DNA of 64,000 nucleotides from Lenisia limosa. Its lineage: Eukaryota; Protista; Breviatea. A model generated the notes under the pieces. It had not been told where the DNA came from. It ran no database searches and saw nothing but the letters and a program-made list of their open reading frames with translations. The first letter of the stretch is position 1; every line of letters starts with the position of its first letter. A program made the position numbers and the translations under genes. Shown here piece by piece: positions 1 to 12,988 of this stretch. Location of the stretch: positions 2,652-66,651 of the forward strand of contig LPNZ01010005.1 of the NCBI GenBank assembly GCA_001655205.1, written 5' to 3'.

Positions 1-96
1 ATTCGTCTTCACATTGTTTTCACTTGACGTCGATATTCGCCATTGCCCAACAAATATACAAACAAATGGGAGCAACAATGCAACAATCGCCCTCAT
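1..96 (-). CDS. 5' end of a probable secreted or membrane protein (runs off the window)
   Basis: ATG at 96 opens MRAIVALLLPFVCIFVGQWRISTSSENNVKTN with no stop before the window edge. The hydrophobic N-terminus looks like a signal peptide. It lies head-to-head with the gene starting at 268. Confidence 0.5.
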   Translation of the reverse strand, partial: MRAIVALLLPFVCIFVGQWRISTSSENNVKTN

Positions 97-267
97 TACA
101 CCATTTTAAAACGGTTGTCTCTCCATTGATCTTTCGATCCGAGGAGGGAAAAAAAGTTACATTTGAAGCAGTTGACTTCAGACTATTAATATTTAGATAA
201 TTGGGCATTAATTAATTAGGTATATCCTGTCAGCTAAACAAGAAGAGTCAAAATACAGGGATTTACC

Positions 268-3200
268 ATGAACTCCAAACGTGTATACTGTTTTATTGGA
301 GTTGATGATAGTAGTGAAACAAGATGTTTCCCTTTAGTGTTAAAAAACCAGCATCAAACCGTTTTTGAGGCAGTTCAGGTTTGCTGATTCTTTCCTCTTT
401 TCATATCTTAGGACTCATTAAAAGGACACGCAGAACTTGGTCATTGGGAAGTCGTGTCACTCTTTTGGCCAGGGTTAGCTGGGGTACTGTTGTTCTGCTA
501 CTGATCATATCTTCCGTCCTGTTTTGATTTTTAAGACACTTCCCTCTTTCCCCTGCAATGAGGGTGATCAACCTTGATGACGGAGCTGATCTCCATGCCA
601 ATGTGAAAACGATTATTCCTGAGACTACTGATATTCCTGAGCCTGTTATAGTTGGTTGGGGCTTGTGGGGGGGGGGGGATAGAGAATAACTGTCCACAAG
701 CGTTCATAATTCCCGTTATCTTCTGATTTGGTTTATGGGTTGTATCTAGACCTTTGGAATAATCTTTTTTTTTTAGGTTGAACAGAAAAAAGAGTCCATT
801 TTAGATAGAATTATTAAGGAAGAAGACCCTTCATTCTTCAAACTGCGTCCAGTTGCCTCTGACCTGCCCGACCCTGAGCTTCTTATTGACAAATCGCAGT
901 TCCATACTGAGTTTCCCCCAACAAGTATGGGGGCTAGGATAATGCCCTTGTATTAGTGAAGCAATAACACTCTAGTGGACAAAATGACCGAAGAAGAACT
1001 GCATACTGAGCTTGTCAAGCTTCTCAGAATTGCTGTCAAAGATGACTATGTAAGCCATCTGTTTATAAATGCTCTTATTTTCCAGGATGGAAAGAAAAGG
1101 AAAGCCCTCTCGCTCTACTCTCATATTCTTGCGGTTAGTTTGTATTCACTTTCTATCACAGTGCTGTTTTGACCACCATCTTCTCACCCTACAGTTAGTA
1201 CCAGATCAGAAACATTGTTTGATCCAAAAAGGTAAGATTGATTCCAAGGTCATATTATATTTTCAGGAAGTCTGCTCCGTCGCACTAAGAATTACTCCGA
1301 ATCTGAAGTCATTTTGAAGAAAGCAAAAGCTTCTTTCCCTTCTGTATGTTAATATAACTTGTTGTGTTTCCTCTTTCGCCTTTTACTGTTTCAGTCATGG
1401 GAGCCTCTTTATGAACTCGGTTTGTTGTACCACGAAATGGGCAGAGTAGAAGACGCTTTTTCCAACTTGATGGAGGCCAAGGATAAAGGTATGTTCTTTT
1501 TTAAGAAATATATTGCTTGGACCACTTCCTCGATACTAATAAACTTAGATGATATTACGGAGAGCCAGTCCAACGATGTTCTTGCTGCTTGTGCACAGGC
1601 TATCTATAATGTTCGCTCTCCCTTTAATGTGGATTTATTCAGCACCCATAACCAGGCATCACTTTGATCCACAAAACTATCGAGGATTTTTCGAGAAGTT
1701 TATGTTTTTTGGACCAAAGTGACTAGACCTGTCTGTTATAACTAATTGTGTCTATTTGTTATCAAGCAGGTTAAAACTCAACAAGCTTGGGCCACCTCAC
1801 AAGACATCATGTACAAAGACGAAAACCATCCTCATGCCTTGATTATCGTAAGCCCCCTCCCGCCTACCCCATCTAGTACATTTGTAACACTACAGTACTC
1901 GTATGCACTTATGGAACACAACCATCCACAAGATGCCGTGAGAGCCACAATGAAGGTTAGCTTATCACTTTCGGTTTATTAACTTTAGGCCCTTGCTGTG
2001 GACTCAAATTCACAACGTTCACGAGAGCGGTTCACGGAGTTGGTCAAAAAGCTTGTATGTCTTTATTTTACCGCTTTGAGAAATGATTCAGGGTTAATCT
2101 GACCAACAACTATCTCGTTTGAAATGAAACTCAGCTTTTTCCTTAGCTTTCTGGTGCCTCCCACCCACATATTCTTATACTCCCCCCCCCCCCNNNNNNN
2201 NNNNNNNNNNNNNNNNNNNNNNNNNNNNNNNNNNNNNNNNNNNNNNNNNNNNNNNNNNNNNNNNNNNNNNNNNNNNNNNNNNNNNTTGCTGAGTTCAATG
2301 AATCTGAAAAATCGATTGAATCCGCTGCGTATCTTGCCAATCTACTTAAGGAGAATGGAGGTTTGGGTCTATTATGTGTATTTAAACCAATTTTTGTAGC
2401 GGTTGCCTCTGCTGTTGCCCTCTTCAAATACGCCATTTTAAGCACCCCTACCCCAAAGTCGGCTCCTGTTTTGTTTTCCTTCTTATTATTATTCCTGTTT
2501 TAAATACTAATTGTAAACTGGGACAACTTATCGATATATGATAGTATGTAGGGATGTGTCGCAACCAATACACATAATGAGCTCCTACTTCTCATATTTT
2601 GATACCAAATTTTTTACATTCTTCTGACTACACAGTCTCGTCCTCAATTTGGTCCACTGTATGGAGGCAAACAACCAGCAAAACCAGGCCGGCAAATCTC
2701 TTGTTGTCTATTTCAAGGTACATCTTTGTAACAGCGATCAGTTTTACTGCTTTTTTATTGTTCTGCCCGCACTGTCTAATTGATTTAGGAGTCAGGTGTG
2801 CAAACCCTTTGTGGACTGAGCAATGCCTCCGTCTCCCGGGTGCTGAGCGCAGGATTGAACAACCTCCCACTTCCTGAGATCAAGGACCAGGTTTGGAATT
2901 CCCAGGTAATTCACCATCAGATCGAATACAACCGGGATTCTCTGACGTCAGACACGTCTCTCGACACCTTGGCTCTGTGGTGCGTTGCTGTCAAGATTCT
3001 ATGGCTCAAGTCAAAGATCGAGGCAATTCAGCTTCTTGTGAGTTTGATCAAACAAGTGACAAGTGGTGAAACGAACATTCATCATAGTCATGTCAGGTAA
3101 GCTGGGAACTTTGAGATCTAAGGGGATCTAACCATGTAGAAATGAATGGGCTTATTACCTCTGCATTCAAAAAACCCTTCTGGTCTCAGTGAAGGTTTGT

Positions 3201-4390
3201 TACTATTGTAATTTGAATAATAATTTACCCCCCAAAGGTACCCAGGTTGTCAGCTAATCTGAAGCCTGTTTACATGATTGGAGATAGTCACACACTCACT
3301 CCCGCTTTCTCCGAAGTGATGTGGAAGGTCGTTTTAATGAATTGTATGTTGCAGTTCTGACTCTTCAGGGTGAAACTCGCCAACTCCACCCCATGTTGAT
3401 CACCGGGTTGAAAGTGGGTTTAGATATCGTGATAAACCTCGTATATAGTATACTATATATTAGATGTGGTATACTATATGATCATATTCTATATCATATG
3501 ATATCATATGTAATTTATATCATACTATATATACTAATTATATATAGTATATATATACTAATATATGTACAGTACAACAATCCTCTTTTACTCATACACA
3601 ACTCACCCCAGGCCTATCATCTTCGAGAGGAAAGTACCTTCTACACCAAGGTCAACTTCCAAAAGAGAATCAAAAAACGTATGGTATCGTGGTTTTGTCA
3701 TTCTGCGCTTCTATTATACCTGCTTACAGTGTAGTTCCTCCCAAGAGCGAAGTTCTCCTTTGTTTTGGTGAAATTGACTGCAGAACTGGTATTCTTGACG
3801 CTTATAGCAAATGCCATATCAACGTGAGTACTGTATGTTATTGTCTTATCTTTCAGTCCATTGCCGAGGGAATTGAGAAGACAACGAGAATCCATCTTAC
3901 TGTTTGTGAAAAAATCCGGGTACGCTTCCCTAACAACACGGATATTTACACATATTTCATGACTTTTTGAGTCATTATCTTAGAACCTTGGTCACTCCGT
4001 GAGTGTTCTTCCAGTGCCACCTGTTCTTGACCAAACAAGGTAATGCAAGTTGCCTGCTCTTTCTTGTTATCTGTTTCTCCGCTTTATTTCTCAGGGATAT
4101 GGTGCGCCTTTACAACCATAGTCTCAGGGGACTTATTGAGGTTTGATGGTATTTAAATTTCTTTTTTTTTAGAATGAAAACCACCAGGGCTGCAACTTAC
4201 AATTTTTAGCGTTCTCATGGTATTTGCTGGATTGGAATTGAAGGCGAATACACAGTTGACAACAAACTGAGATCAGGTTTGCAGTGTTCTACTATGACTC
4301 TATGTTTTGAATTGCGTTCATTCTTTAGAATATGTACTTGACGGCACCCATCTCCATCCCAGCGCTGCCAAATTAATTGAAAGAAATTAG
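268..4390 (+). CDS. Multi-exon TPR-repeat protein with a C-terminal SGNH/GDSL-like hydrolase domain
   Basis: Spliced exons read MNSKRVYCFIG..., TPR-like helices (WEPLYELGLLYHEMGRVEDAFSNLMEAK; YSYALMEHNHPQDAVRATMK), then MIGDSH (~3280), CFGEIDCR (~3765) and VLDGTHLHP...ERN* (TAG at 4388-4390). Confidence 0.75.
3417..3570. repeat. AT-rich low-complexity (degenerate TA/ATATC) tract inside an intron
   Basis: tatatagtatactatatattag...atatcatatgatatcatatg...tatatatactaatatatg. It explains the spurious I/Y-rich ORF in the track. Confidence 0.7.
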
Positions 4391-4799
4391 GGTGTAAAAC
4401 ATGTTTGTTTGATATCTAGCATAATGTTTGTATGGACGTCAATCTAAATGCCTAAATGCTAGAACAGAGAGTCGAAAAGTAAGAATCAATTCAGATCAAC
4501 TTCAATTTCATAACCATTTCCTTTGATTACTTTCTTTCACAGGAAATTGGTGGAAAAATTGGAAGGGAAGCAGGAAACATTTGGGCTGAGGGGTGGCGGT
4601 GAATCTGTGGGGACGGGAAAAAAAAAATCAAACAATTTGTTTTGTCTCCTCAGCAAATATAAGTCGTGCATAAAGGCATAAGGTGAAGAGAAGACCGGAG
4701 AAGACTATTCAGCCTGCCAAATACCTTGTTTATTTTCTTCCTTCCTGCCTTCAAGCTTTCTACTGCTCATTTGCCTTTGGTTGCAACTAAAGATTAAAA

Positions 4800-6962
4800 A
4801 TGAATGACCAGAGCCAAGGTGGGAAGATGCTTCTCTGCTCCTCCTCCCTTTCCAGAATATCTTGCGACCCTCCACAACTCCACTCTTTAATAACTTAGGA
4901 TACCAAAGTTCAGGAGCACCTGAAATGGAGCCTGCACAAGACGGTATGTTGCCTAGCAAGCCCTTCTTGTGTAATTTCTAAACATATTGCAGAATACACC
5001 ATTGCTGCCCCTCCTTCAGAAGAAGTTTTCAAGGTAGTTTGGCTCTGCATTTTTGGTGGCATGACTAAAAAACACACACATGACACCTCTAGCAACAAAG
5101 CTACCAAGGCTCAGCACCAGGACCGTCAGACCCGAACGCAGCTACTGGCTTTGGAAACACAGTATGAGTCCAGAGTTTACTTGACTCTGTAGCCTGAAGA
5201 GGAAATGGCACCAACCTTCGAGGAAGTATCCACTCTCGGTTTCGACCCCGAACTGATGGGTATCCTTGTTTATCTTTTCGGCTTCATCTCAGCTATCTTC
5301 TTTTTGGTTGCTGAAAAGAAAAATTCGTATATCCGCTTCCATGCCTGGCAGGTTTGTTGCTCACATAACGACTCACAATTAGTCATTGGCAATGTTCCTT
5401 CCTTTAACTGTCCTGACGCTGATTCTTTTTGCCATCTTCAGCCCGCTGGGTATGTTGATGTGGTTCCTCAGTGCGGTTCTTTGGGTGTTCGCTATGTACC
5501 AGGTTGGCTGGGTGTTGCGATCCTTGATGAGTGTCATCATGGTCTAATACATCTATGTATTACATGTGATATATATATTCTCATAATTATATCATATCTA
5601 CTCAACCAAATAAAGATTATAGATAGGCACAGATGATACAATATGTCTGATATTATTATGTTGTGTAAATACCGTCGAAATACCCCCCCCCCTCCTCTCC
5701 TCCTATAGGGGGAGAGGAGGGGGGGTAATTGTTTCTATTAACAAAATAATAGCTATTGATACTGTAATATAATTCAATATTAATAGCACTATTCATAGCT
5801 ATTGGACGGGATAGGTTTAATATGTATGCATAAACAGATATCATATATATATACTATGTATATTGTGCGCAGCAAAATTTTTGCGCCGTTTTTTTTTTTT
5901 TTTTTTCCACGATTTTGGGGGTTTCTTTGAAAAAAAGGACCAAACAGTAAGTCCTTTCGGTAGTGACAGAAATTTTTACAGGAAAGTGTTGACTTGTATC
6001 TGCAACTGCTTGTTTAGCCTTGGATTCCACTTTTACTTGAGTCATTTATAATGGCCACTAACTTTTTTAGTCGACATGTGATTCATCCAAAATGTTGTGC
6101 GTGAAATAATAATTTTTTGAAAAACTCAAAATAACCCAGAAATTGAATGTGGTATGAAAACTGGGCTAAAAATTGGTTTCTGCGGCTTTAAAACTAAAAT
6201 ATCAATCAATGACAAAAAACCAAAATTGTGAGAAATTAAATTGTAATTTTAAAGATAGTTCCGATTTCCATTAACACATGCGAAGTGGACTTCAGAAGTG
6301 TAAAAAGTACTGTTATTCATACAAAATCCCATCTTTTAAGATTACTACCAAAAGCACACTTCCAAGGTTTGATTTAGACTGAGTAGCCAGATTAGTATGA
6401 CTTATTTAGAATCCAACTTAAACCTACCCTGGGTGCCCAATCCCTAAATTTGTAACAAATTGGATGCAAGCATTAAAAGCCGAATGGAACATCTTTCCAG
6501 TGGATGGGCTTGACGCAAAATAATTGAATCGCTGTATATATGCTCGAAGTGCATCCGTTATTAAAACAGGGAGGACCTGCTAAGTAATAATGTTTTGTAT
6601 ATATCTGGTAAAGACACTGATGGGTAAAAATCTAAAATTATCAAAAAAAAAAGAGAAAAAAAAGTTGAGTATTATTCTCTGTGTATTTGGAGTTGTTTGG
6701 TCCGTTTTTTAGAATAAAACACAAAAATAGTGAAGTGATGGGGGGAAAAAAAAAACTGCGCAATAATTTTGCTGCACACTATAATTATTCATAATACTTG
6801 TTTACATATTATAAATTGTTTTCAACTTATTGGGAGCTCTAACTAATACAGGGACACAAAGGTGCTGTTACGGAGGGAGAGAAATTCTATTTCCCCCTTG
6901 TGGGACAGTTTGCTGACGAGAGACTGAGACGGGAGTCTTTTTTCCCCCACTATGGTTTGTAG
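4800..6962 (+). CDS. UPF0132/DUF4870-family small membrane protein
   Basis: LGFDPELMGILVYLFGFISAIFFLVAEKKNSYIRFHAWQ|SLAMF...LWVFAMYQ. The last exon, 6852-6962, reads GHKGAVTEGEKFYFPLVGQFADER...*. The final intron (5503-6851) is enlarged by inserts. Confidence 0.8.
5681..5727. repeat. Near-perfect 47-bp C-run/G-run palindrome bounded by TA
   Basis: ta-cccccccccc-tcctctcctcc-tata-ggg-ggagaggagg-ggggg-ta. The arms pair around the central TATA with one G:T pair and 3 unpaired C. Confidence 0.85.
5861..6783 (+). mobile_element. Decayed, internally deleted Tc1-type (Tc1/mariner) DNA transposon
   Basis: Terminal inverted repeats match at 26/30 (tattgtgcgcagcaaaatttttgcgccgtt vs revcomp tatagtgtgcagcaaaattattgcgcagtt), and similarity continues to ggaccaaaca. 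The ends are TA. Broken transposase motifs: F*DYYQKHTSK (6334-6366, cf. FQQDNDPKHTSK), W-AQSLNL (~6430, cf. WPAQSPDL), QALKAEW (6467) and VIKTG/GPAK* (~6557-6587). Confidence 0.85.
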
Positions 6963-7240
6963 GGGTTTATGCCCTTTGAGCTTCGAGGGATATTTGTATT
7001 AATGTAATAATTCTATGAATGATTGTATATATACAGTATATCAGAGAAAAATCATATAGTATAGATACAATTTGTTCATAAATGAGTATGTTGCTCATTT
7101 GCTTTCTAATTTATATATTTCTACATTTGAGAGCCATTAATACTCTACAGGTAACTACTATAACAGAGGTTCACCTAATGAAACACTGTAAGGTTCAATT
7201 TTTTTCATACATTTCTGACGCTACTTTGTAAGGAGGATTA

Positions 7241-10200
7241 CTATTGAAATAGTTGGTTGAGTAACCTAAAGAGTGAGGAGTGAAGGGTGTGGATTACTTG
7301 AAGCTTTCTTGTATTGCGGCTGTAGCGAAAGGGGGGAGGAACCTGCCATGGTTCAAGAAGCCATGGGGAAGGCCTTCGACTGTTCGGAATTTGACATCAA
7401 CGTTAGCCTCGTGTAGCAGCCTTAAGGGTAAATTGGATATTGCCTTACGCAGCGAAGTCTATTCCTTCATCCAAGAACGGACACAGCGCAGCTCTTAGGG
7501 GTGTTATAAAGGTCGGGTCTTTTTGTCACTCACCCCATGATTCTTGTTTTTGGGAACTTTGCAAGGATATGTTGAGGAAGAGCAAGAGGAGACGCTTGGG
7601 GAACAGCCGGGTCAACATTTGGTGTCATGTAAGCCTGAAGACAAGCCCTCAGGAATGGTGATGAAACCATGTGGTCTCCTGGAGTGGGGTGAAGTGGAAA
7701 TGTCCGGACCTGAGATCAGGATTCTGGATGGTGTCTGCATTGGTACCAGGATTGTGGGAGGATAGAACAATAAGAGAGAAGATGGTGGAGGAAGATTCTC
7801 TGCAATGGCCTAATGAGGTGAAGGGTTTGAAGTTGGGATAGCTTTACTTACTGTTGCTACTGCCGAGGTGACAAGTGTTGCTCCGGCGCTGTCACCAACC
7901 ATAACCTAGGAATACATGCATGAAGGTGGGGTCATTACAAATGCATGAAGGTGGGGTCATTAGATGCATGAAGGTGGGGTCATTACACATGCATGAAGGT
8001 GGGGTCATTACAAATGCATGAAGGTGGGGTCAGTACAAATTGGTGATTGAATGTTGTTCCTTAATCATAAGTGATATGATTGTGTAACTGACTTTTGATT
8101 TTAATAATTTTAAAAAGAGTTCTAATATGACCTCACAATGTTCTTGACTTTGACCGTTGTCTTTTGTTGCAATCTTTTTGATCCAGACTTTGAAATCTGG
8201 AGAGTGATAAAATGTGACAGAGTACCTGTGGTTGCGTGGTTGGATCTAAACCAGCACTCAAGACACTCCACAAGCCTAGTCCTGATGAAGCTATTTGGTG
8301 AGACAAATAACGACCCACCTTCAGAATCGGCATCATTGTCGTCGTGAGATTCTGGCTGTTAGTGAAACAGAAGATTCGGCTTACCCTGGGTGTGGCCTAA
8401 CTCCAATGAGCCTTCCAATCCAGTAAGAATCCAGCGATATACCCTCAGAATCTCATGAACGGCCACTGGGAATCTAAAAGTGAATTTGACCGTAATTACA
8501 CCCAAGGCAGATTACACCCACTTTGCTGCAGGAGCAAGTCGGTAGTCCACTGATATAACGATTGCATTTGGAACAGCTCTTGCTAAAGGTCTCAGATATC
8601 TATTGTTATTTTGAAGGGCAAACATTTCATTTTGGCTGACGCTCATTGCAGTGAATCCACCCCCATGCGCATGGAGGATAATGTCAACTTCTGGAACACT
8701 ACAATAGTTACAATCACTGAGGTTTTAGAAAATAAGTTGTAATATGTATATACAATGTTGTCTTTTACGATATCCATCATATGTTGTGACAATCTGTGTC
8801 TAGGTTATATGAATAATTAATTTCACCCGCTGCTTACGGTTTGTTAATAGGTGGCGACCTGGAATGTGGCCTTGGAGTGTCCCTTTGGGATAAGTCAATC
8901 TTGAACCTACTGTTCTGTCGAAAAAGGAATAGACGGTATTAGCGAGGTGATGGATGTCAGAAACCCAGATCTAGTTAAAAATAACAATAACTTGGCAACA
9001 TGCGGTTGCAGATTCGGGTCCAGGAGGAAGTGTGGAATCTCATGAGGTTTGCAACCAGGGTCTACAAATGGAATTCTTGAGCCAAGAATTGAAAAAGTTG
9101 TTGAAACTGCATCTGAAACTTTGCTAAAGACATGCAACTCATTTGATTGCCATGGGTACCTAGACGATCAACCGAACAACTGAAGCACCGACTGGTCAGG
9201 TCCTTCAGCAAGGGGGTTGAAGGGTGGTAAAGGAGCCTCAAAACAGTCTTCTTCAGACCCAAGAAGAATAAACAGGATGCGTTCCTTTTCTCGTCTACAT
9301 AGTTTCGATGTCATGAGGTTACAAAGTGATTCACGACTTTTGATCACACTGTGCCCTCTTATGGTACTTGTGTGAGGAGGCAGCTTGAGTATTCGCTTGC
9401 AAAGCTTTGACCATATTGGATCAGACTCATAGCTACCTCCAGATTGGCAGAAACCACAGGTACATCCTCTTCGGACCTGAAGGTAACTGTTTATTGTACC
9501 TTACCAAATATGGCTTATGGGGCTCATTAGATCCGAAATGTCCCAGTAAATTGAGGGAGATTACATCATCTTCGTAAATGTGATTGACTTGAAGTTAATA
9601 ATAACATTTATAGAACAAACTTTTACAAGCAGCTGGGGTTGAAACTGTTTCATTGAAAGCAATAAGTCTTCCAGAGGACTATGATATGATGTAAAGATAG
9701 AAAGCCAACTTTTTTTGGACTGAAACTGAGGGCAGTTGAGACGACTGACGGTGACAGAATTGAGTCTAACCCAAGGCCACAGTTTCGCCGAAGGGCAATG
9801 TGAACTAAATCATTACTCCAATAATAACAAACACTGTGAAGGGGAGCTTGGAGTGGACAAACTTTGGGTTGCTCTGAATAAATCGTAAGTGGGGTAGTCA
9901 ACTAACTGTAGGAGTTTCGCTCTTGAAGCTGGCGTTTCTGGCCAAGATTTATAAGGCGATCTGTTGAGCTCTCCGCAGGCACTGAATGTCGACAACGAGG
10001 GTGCGCCAGACTAAATAGTGACTTTCTCAAGAGGTTCGCATAGAAAAGAGGAGGGATGAACTCACGGGTAAAATTTCATCGTGTAACCTACCGAGGTGGT
10101 TGGGTTGGAGAACCCAGTACGAATCACTTCAGGACAAGTCTCGCATGACATCAGTCTTACTCTGAAGATTATATTTTAAACAAAGGTTTCATAAATCAGG

Positions 10201-12195
10201 TTAATCATCTGATGTTGCAATGCAAAATCCAAAATTACTGCACCAATACTTTGTTGATAGGCTTGAGAGTGGAAACGAACTTGGAGCAACCGGTGGTGGT
10301 AGTATTACTTCTTCGTTTGTATCTTACATTTTGTCAGTCAGGAAGAAGGTTACCAAGCCAAGGCATAAACAAAGGGTTGAATTCTGTTGCTCTGAGCAAA
10401 GCAGCGTCTGGAAGATTCCAAAAGTAGCTCACGTGATCCACTGTCAAATTGTGTCTCACTGTCTGCCTTACCTGTTTGTTAACTACTGGTTATTATTCAT
10501 TTACTCACAATGTCTTCAGCTTTTCTTGGGTTGGGAATGTACTTCAAGACATCTTTTCCAATGCTCCAGACTGAATTTATAAATGTGAGGGCAGATGTAG
10601 ATTGCCCCGCTTCTTGTGCTGCTGTTCGGGCTGTCACCGCAAATGTCATTGTCATTTGATATCGAAATATTCTAAAAACGGTAGAATACTACAAAGTTAT
10701 TACAAACTCTCTTACGTTATACCAGAACGGCTCAATCCAGAAAGTTGAATAGTGGGCAGCATGATCAGATAAAACAACTGTTTGTAAAATGAAGCTAGTT
10801 AATACCTGATGAGTAATCCTTCCATTTTGAAGGTACACTAAAGAAAAGACTTAGCGCTGATGCTAATGTTGCAATGTGTCCAACGTATTCCTACATTTGA
10901 ACACCATCACCACATTATTTCATACATTCAAACATGTAATGTCAGATTGTTTCAATTTTTTTAGAATCTTTCCAGGAGCTTGAACTGTAAGTTGTCACTT
11001 TACTAACCATGGGACTTGAGATGGTAGGTAATTCTTGCAATAAATGACACGAGTAATTGTAATAGAGAGACAACGCCACCCTAAAAAGAATGAGTTTTTA
11101 TTTTGTACCACCCAGCTGTTTCCCCAACTCACAGACAACTGAGGTACAAACATTTGGTCTGCATTTAACCCCTGTGGTAACGGATGTCGTGTCTAAAATA
11201 TGACTAATTGCCATACCTCACCTTTGCTGGAGGAGTGCGAGTTTGTTCATCACCATTCCTCCCTACTCTGTCAATTTCAACACCCAAAACCTCGATATCG
11301 CTTTGTAGGAGAGACAACACCCAAAGACTCTGCGATTTGCCAGCGAAGATACTTGTGAACCTAAATATAACCATTATCTTTTGAACTTTCTTACAAGAGC
11401 GTCCGATTTGAGAAACAGGGGAAAGAGTTCAGGAGGAGGGCTGTTTTGTGGTTTGAGCGTTGAAATGTGGTATTGCTTGTAGTGAGTCTCGAACATCGGG
11501 CAGATAAGGGAATCTAAAGTGGGGTTTACGTTAGATAATAAGCATACCATTCTCTATAATTCGAAGGAGCTTTGGATTAATGTAATGCTACGAAATTAGA
11601 ATTACAATTACTATGTTTTCCAAAGACAAACTTGGTGAGGGTGACATGAATGAAGCAAACTGAGAGAGTCATGAATGTGACTGATGGTGGAACCTACACA
11701 ATTATAATTCAGCAAAACCCACAAATCCTCAATATCACTGCAGTCGCCTGCTTCTCATCCGTATTGTCCAATTCAATGAGACATGCTAATCGTCTAAATC
11801 TGTAAGTTGAAATGTCACCCACTTGTCAATCCTGTGAGAAAGGCACCCAATACTATGACTGAAATCAATAGTTGCATGCTTAACTTTCGGACTCTGAGGC
11901 GGAAGAACAGGATCTAATTTTTGGTGGGGAAGAGGAAGGAGAAAAAAACTGACAACACTCAGCATACAAGTGATAGAATAAAGAACAAAAAAATTGTCGT
12001 TGAGCTTCGAGCAGCACTGAATATATACGGACTCTCTAGCGTGATCCCCATCACTTTACACGGCGTGGTCTTTTTCCTGCTGGGTTTCCCCCCATCGGAC
12101 GGTACGACCATCATTATCACCCTGGACACCTCCCCTTCCGAGGAGATGCCACATGGTGACCAGCGCAATTGAGGGGACGCCTGATCAACGCCCAT
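7241..12195 (-). CDS. Hormone-sensitive-lipase-family alpha/beta hydrolase with a long N-terminal region (5' end uncertain)
   Basis: ILHAHGGGF (~8680), ISVDYRLAP..FP..V.E...Y.W, IVMVGDSAG (~7890), CPFLDEG and EGLPHGFLN (~7350). Upstream exons include YFWNLPDAALL (~10420). Stop TAG at 7241-7243. Confidence 0.8.
7916..8038. repeat. Intronic minisatellite, 5 copies of a 23-25 bp unit
   Basis: atgcatgaaggtggggtcattacaa x5, head-to-tail with no spacers. Confidence 0.95.
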
Positions 12196-12988
12196 AAGTA
12201 CCCAGTAACTACTACGAAACCCTCCTAAATTACACCCCCACTTGGGTTACAGCGAGACGTGACTCTCACCAGCTGAATTGGACGATTGACCGACTGGGCC
12301 AAAATAGCATAAAACTCTAATGATTTTTTTTCATTCCCGATCAAAGATTTTTTTTCATTTTTGCCAAAAAGCGCAAAATAATTTAGTGTTCTTTCAAAGC
12401 GCAAAATGCCCTCTAAGCCCACTTTTTAAACATATTCTATTAATTCAATTTCTTTTAAAATGATAAAAAAAAGAATAAGCGTCTTAGCCTTGATTTACAA
12501 TCGGAGAAAAGGACTTTTCTTTCAAAATAATAATATTCTGCTTACCTAGAATTCTCCAACAGAAATTAATGCAATCCAACGAGCATTTAAGTGAATCATG
12601 GAGTTGTTCCATTTTGTGAAGGCTTTCACTAGTTTCCTAATAGGACTACTTAAGCATCTTGTTATATATCCGTTTTAAATAAAGACTACAAAGACATTTA
12701 CCCAGGATTTTAAAGCAAATTTTAACTGCCAGCACTTCCAGAAAGAAACTGAAAAAGGAACCTGTTCCGACGGAAGCCGCGGGTTCACAAAAAAAGAAAA
12801 AAAATGGAGATTCTGCGCTGTTCTTTTTTAGCCAACGTGTGCTAGAATTACTATTGATAGTTATAATCTCAATACCTTCATAATAGTTGTCGTCCTGGAT
12901 TAACTATTCTCCTCTAAGGTCTCTGACCTAAAAGCTTGAAGTAGCTCGTCACTTTTGGAACTCAAACTCTTCATTTTAGCGACAAACA

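Noticed and set aside
7916-8038. 25-bp repeat array as a CRISPR array
   Set aside because: The units are contiguous with no unique spacers, there are no cas genes, and it lies in a spliceosomal intron. It is a minisatellite.
8310-8345. ADSEGG as a variant lipase nucleophile elbow
   Set aside because: A canonical GDSAG is present in a downstream exon (~7890). ADSEG lies in an insert and ends at a splice donor.
7241-12195. Region as a degraded retroelement because it lacks long ORFs
   Set aside because: It splices cleanly on the minus strand into an HSL-family lipase with all catalytic motifs. No RT or integrase motifs were seen.
12765-12800. GC-rich hairpin followed by an A-run in the lipase/myosin intergenic region as an ncRNA
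   Set aside because: The stem is short and imperfect with no tRNA, snRNA or snoRNA boxes. There is not enough support.
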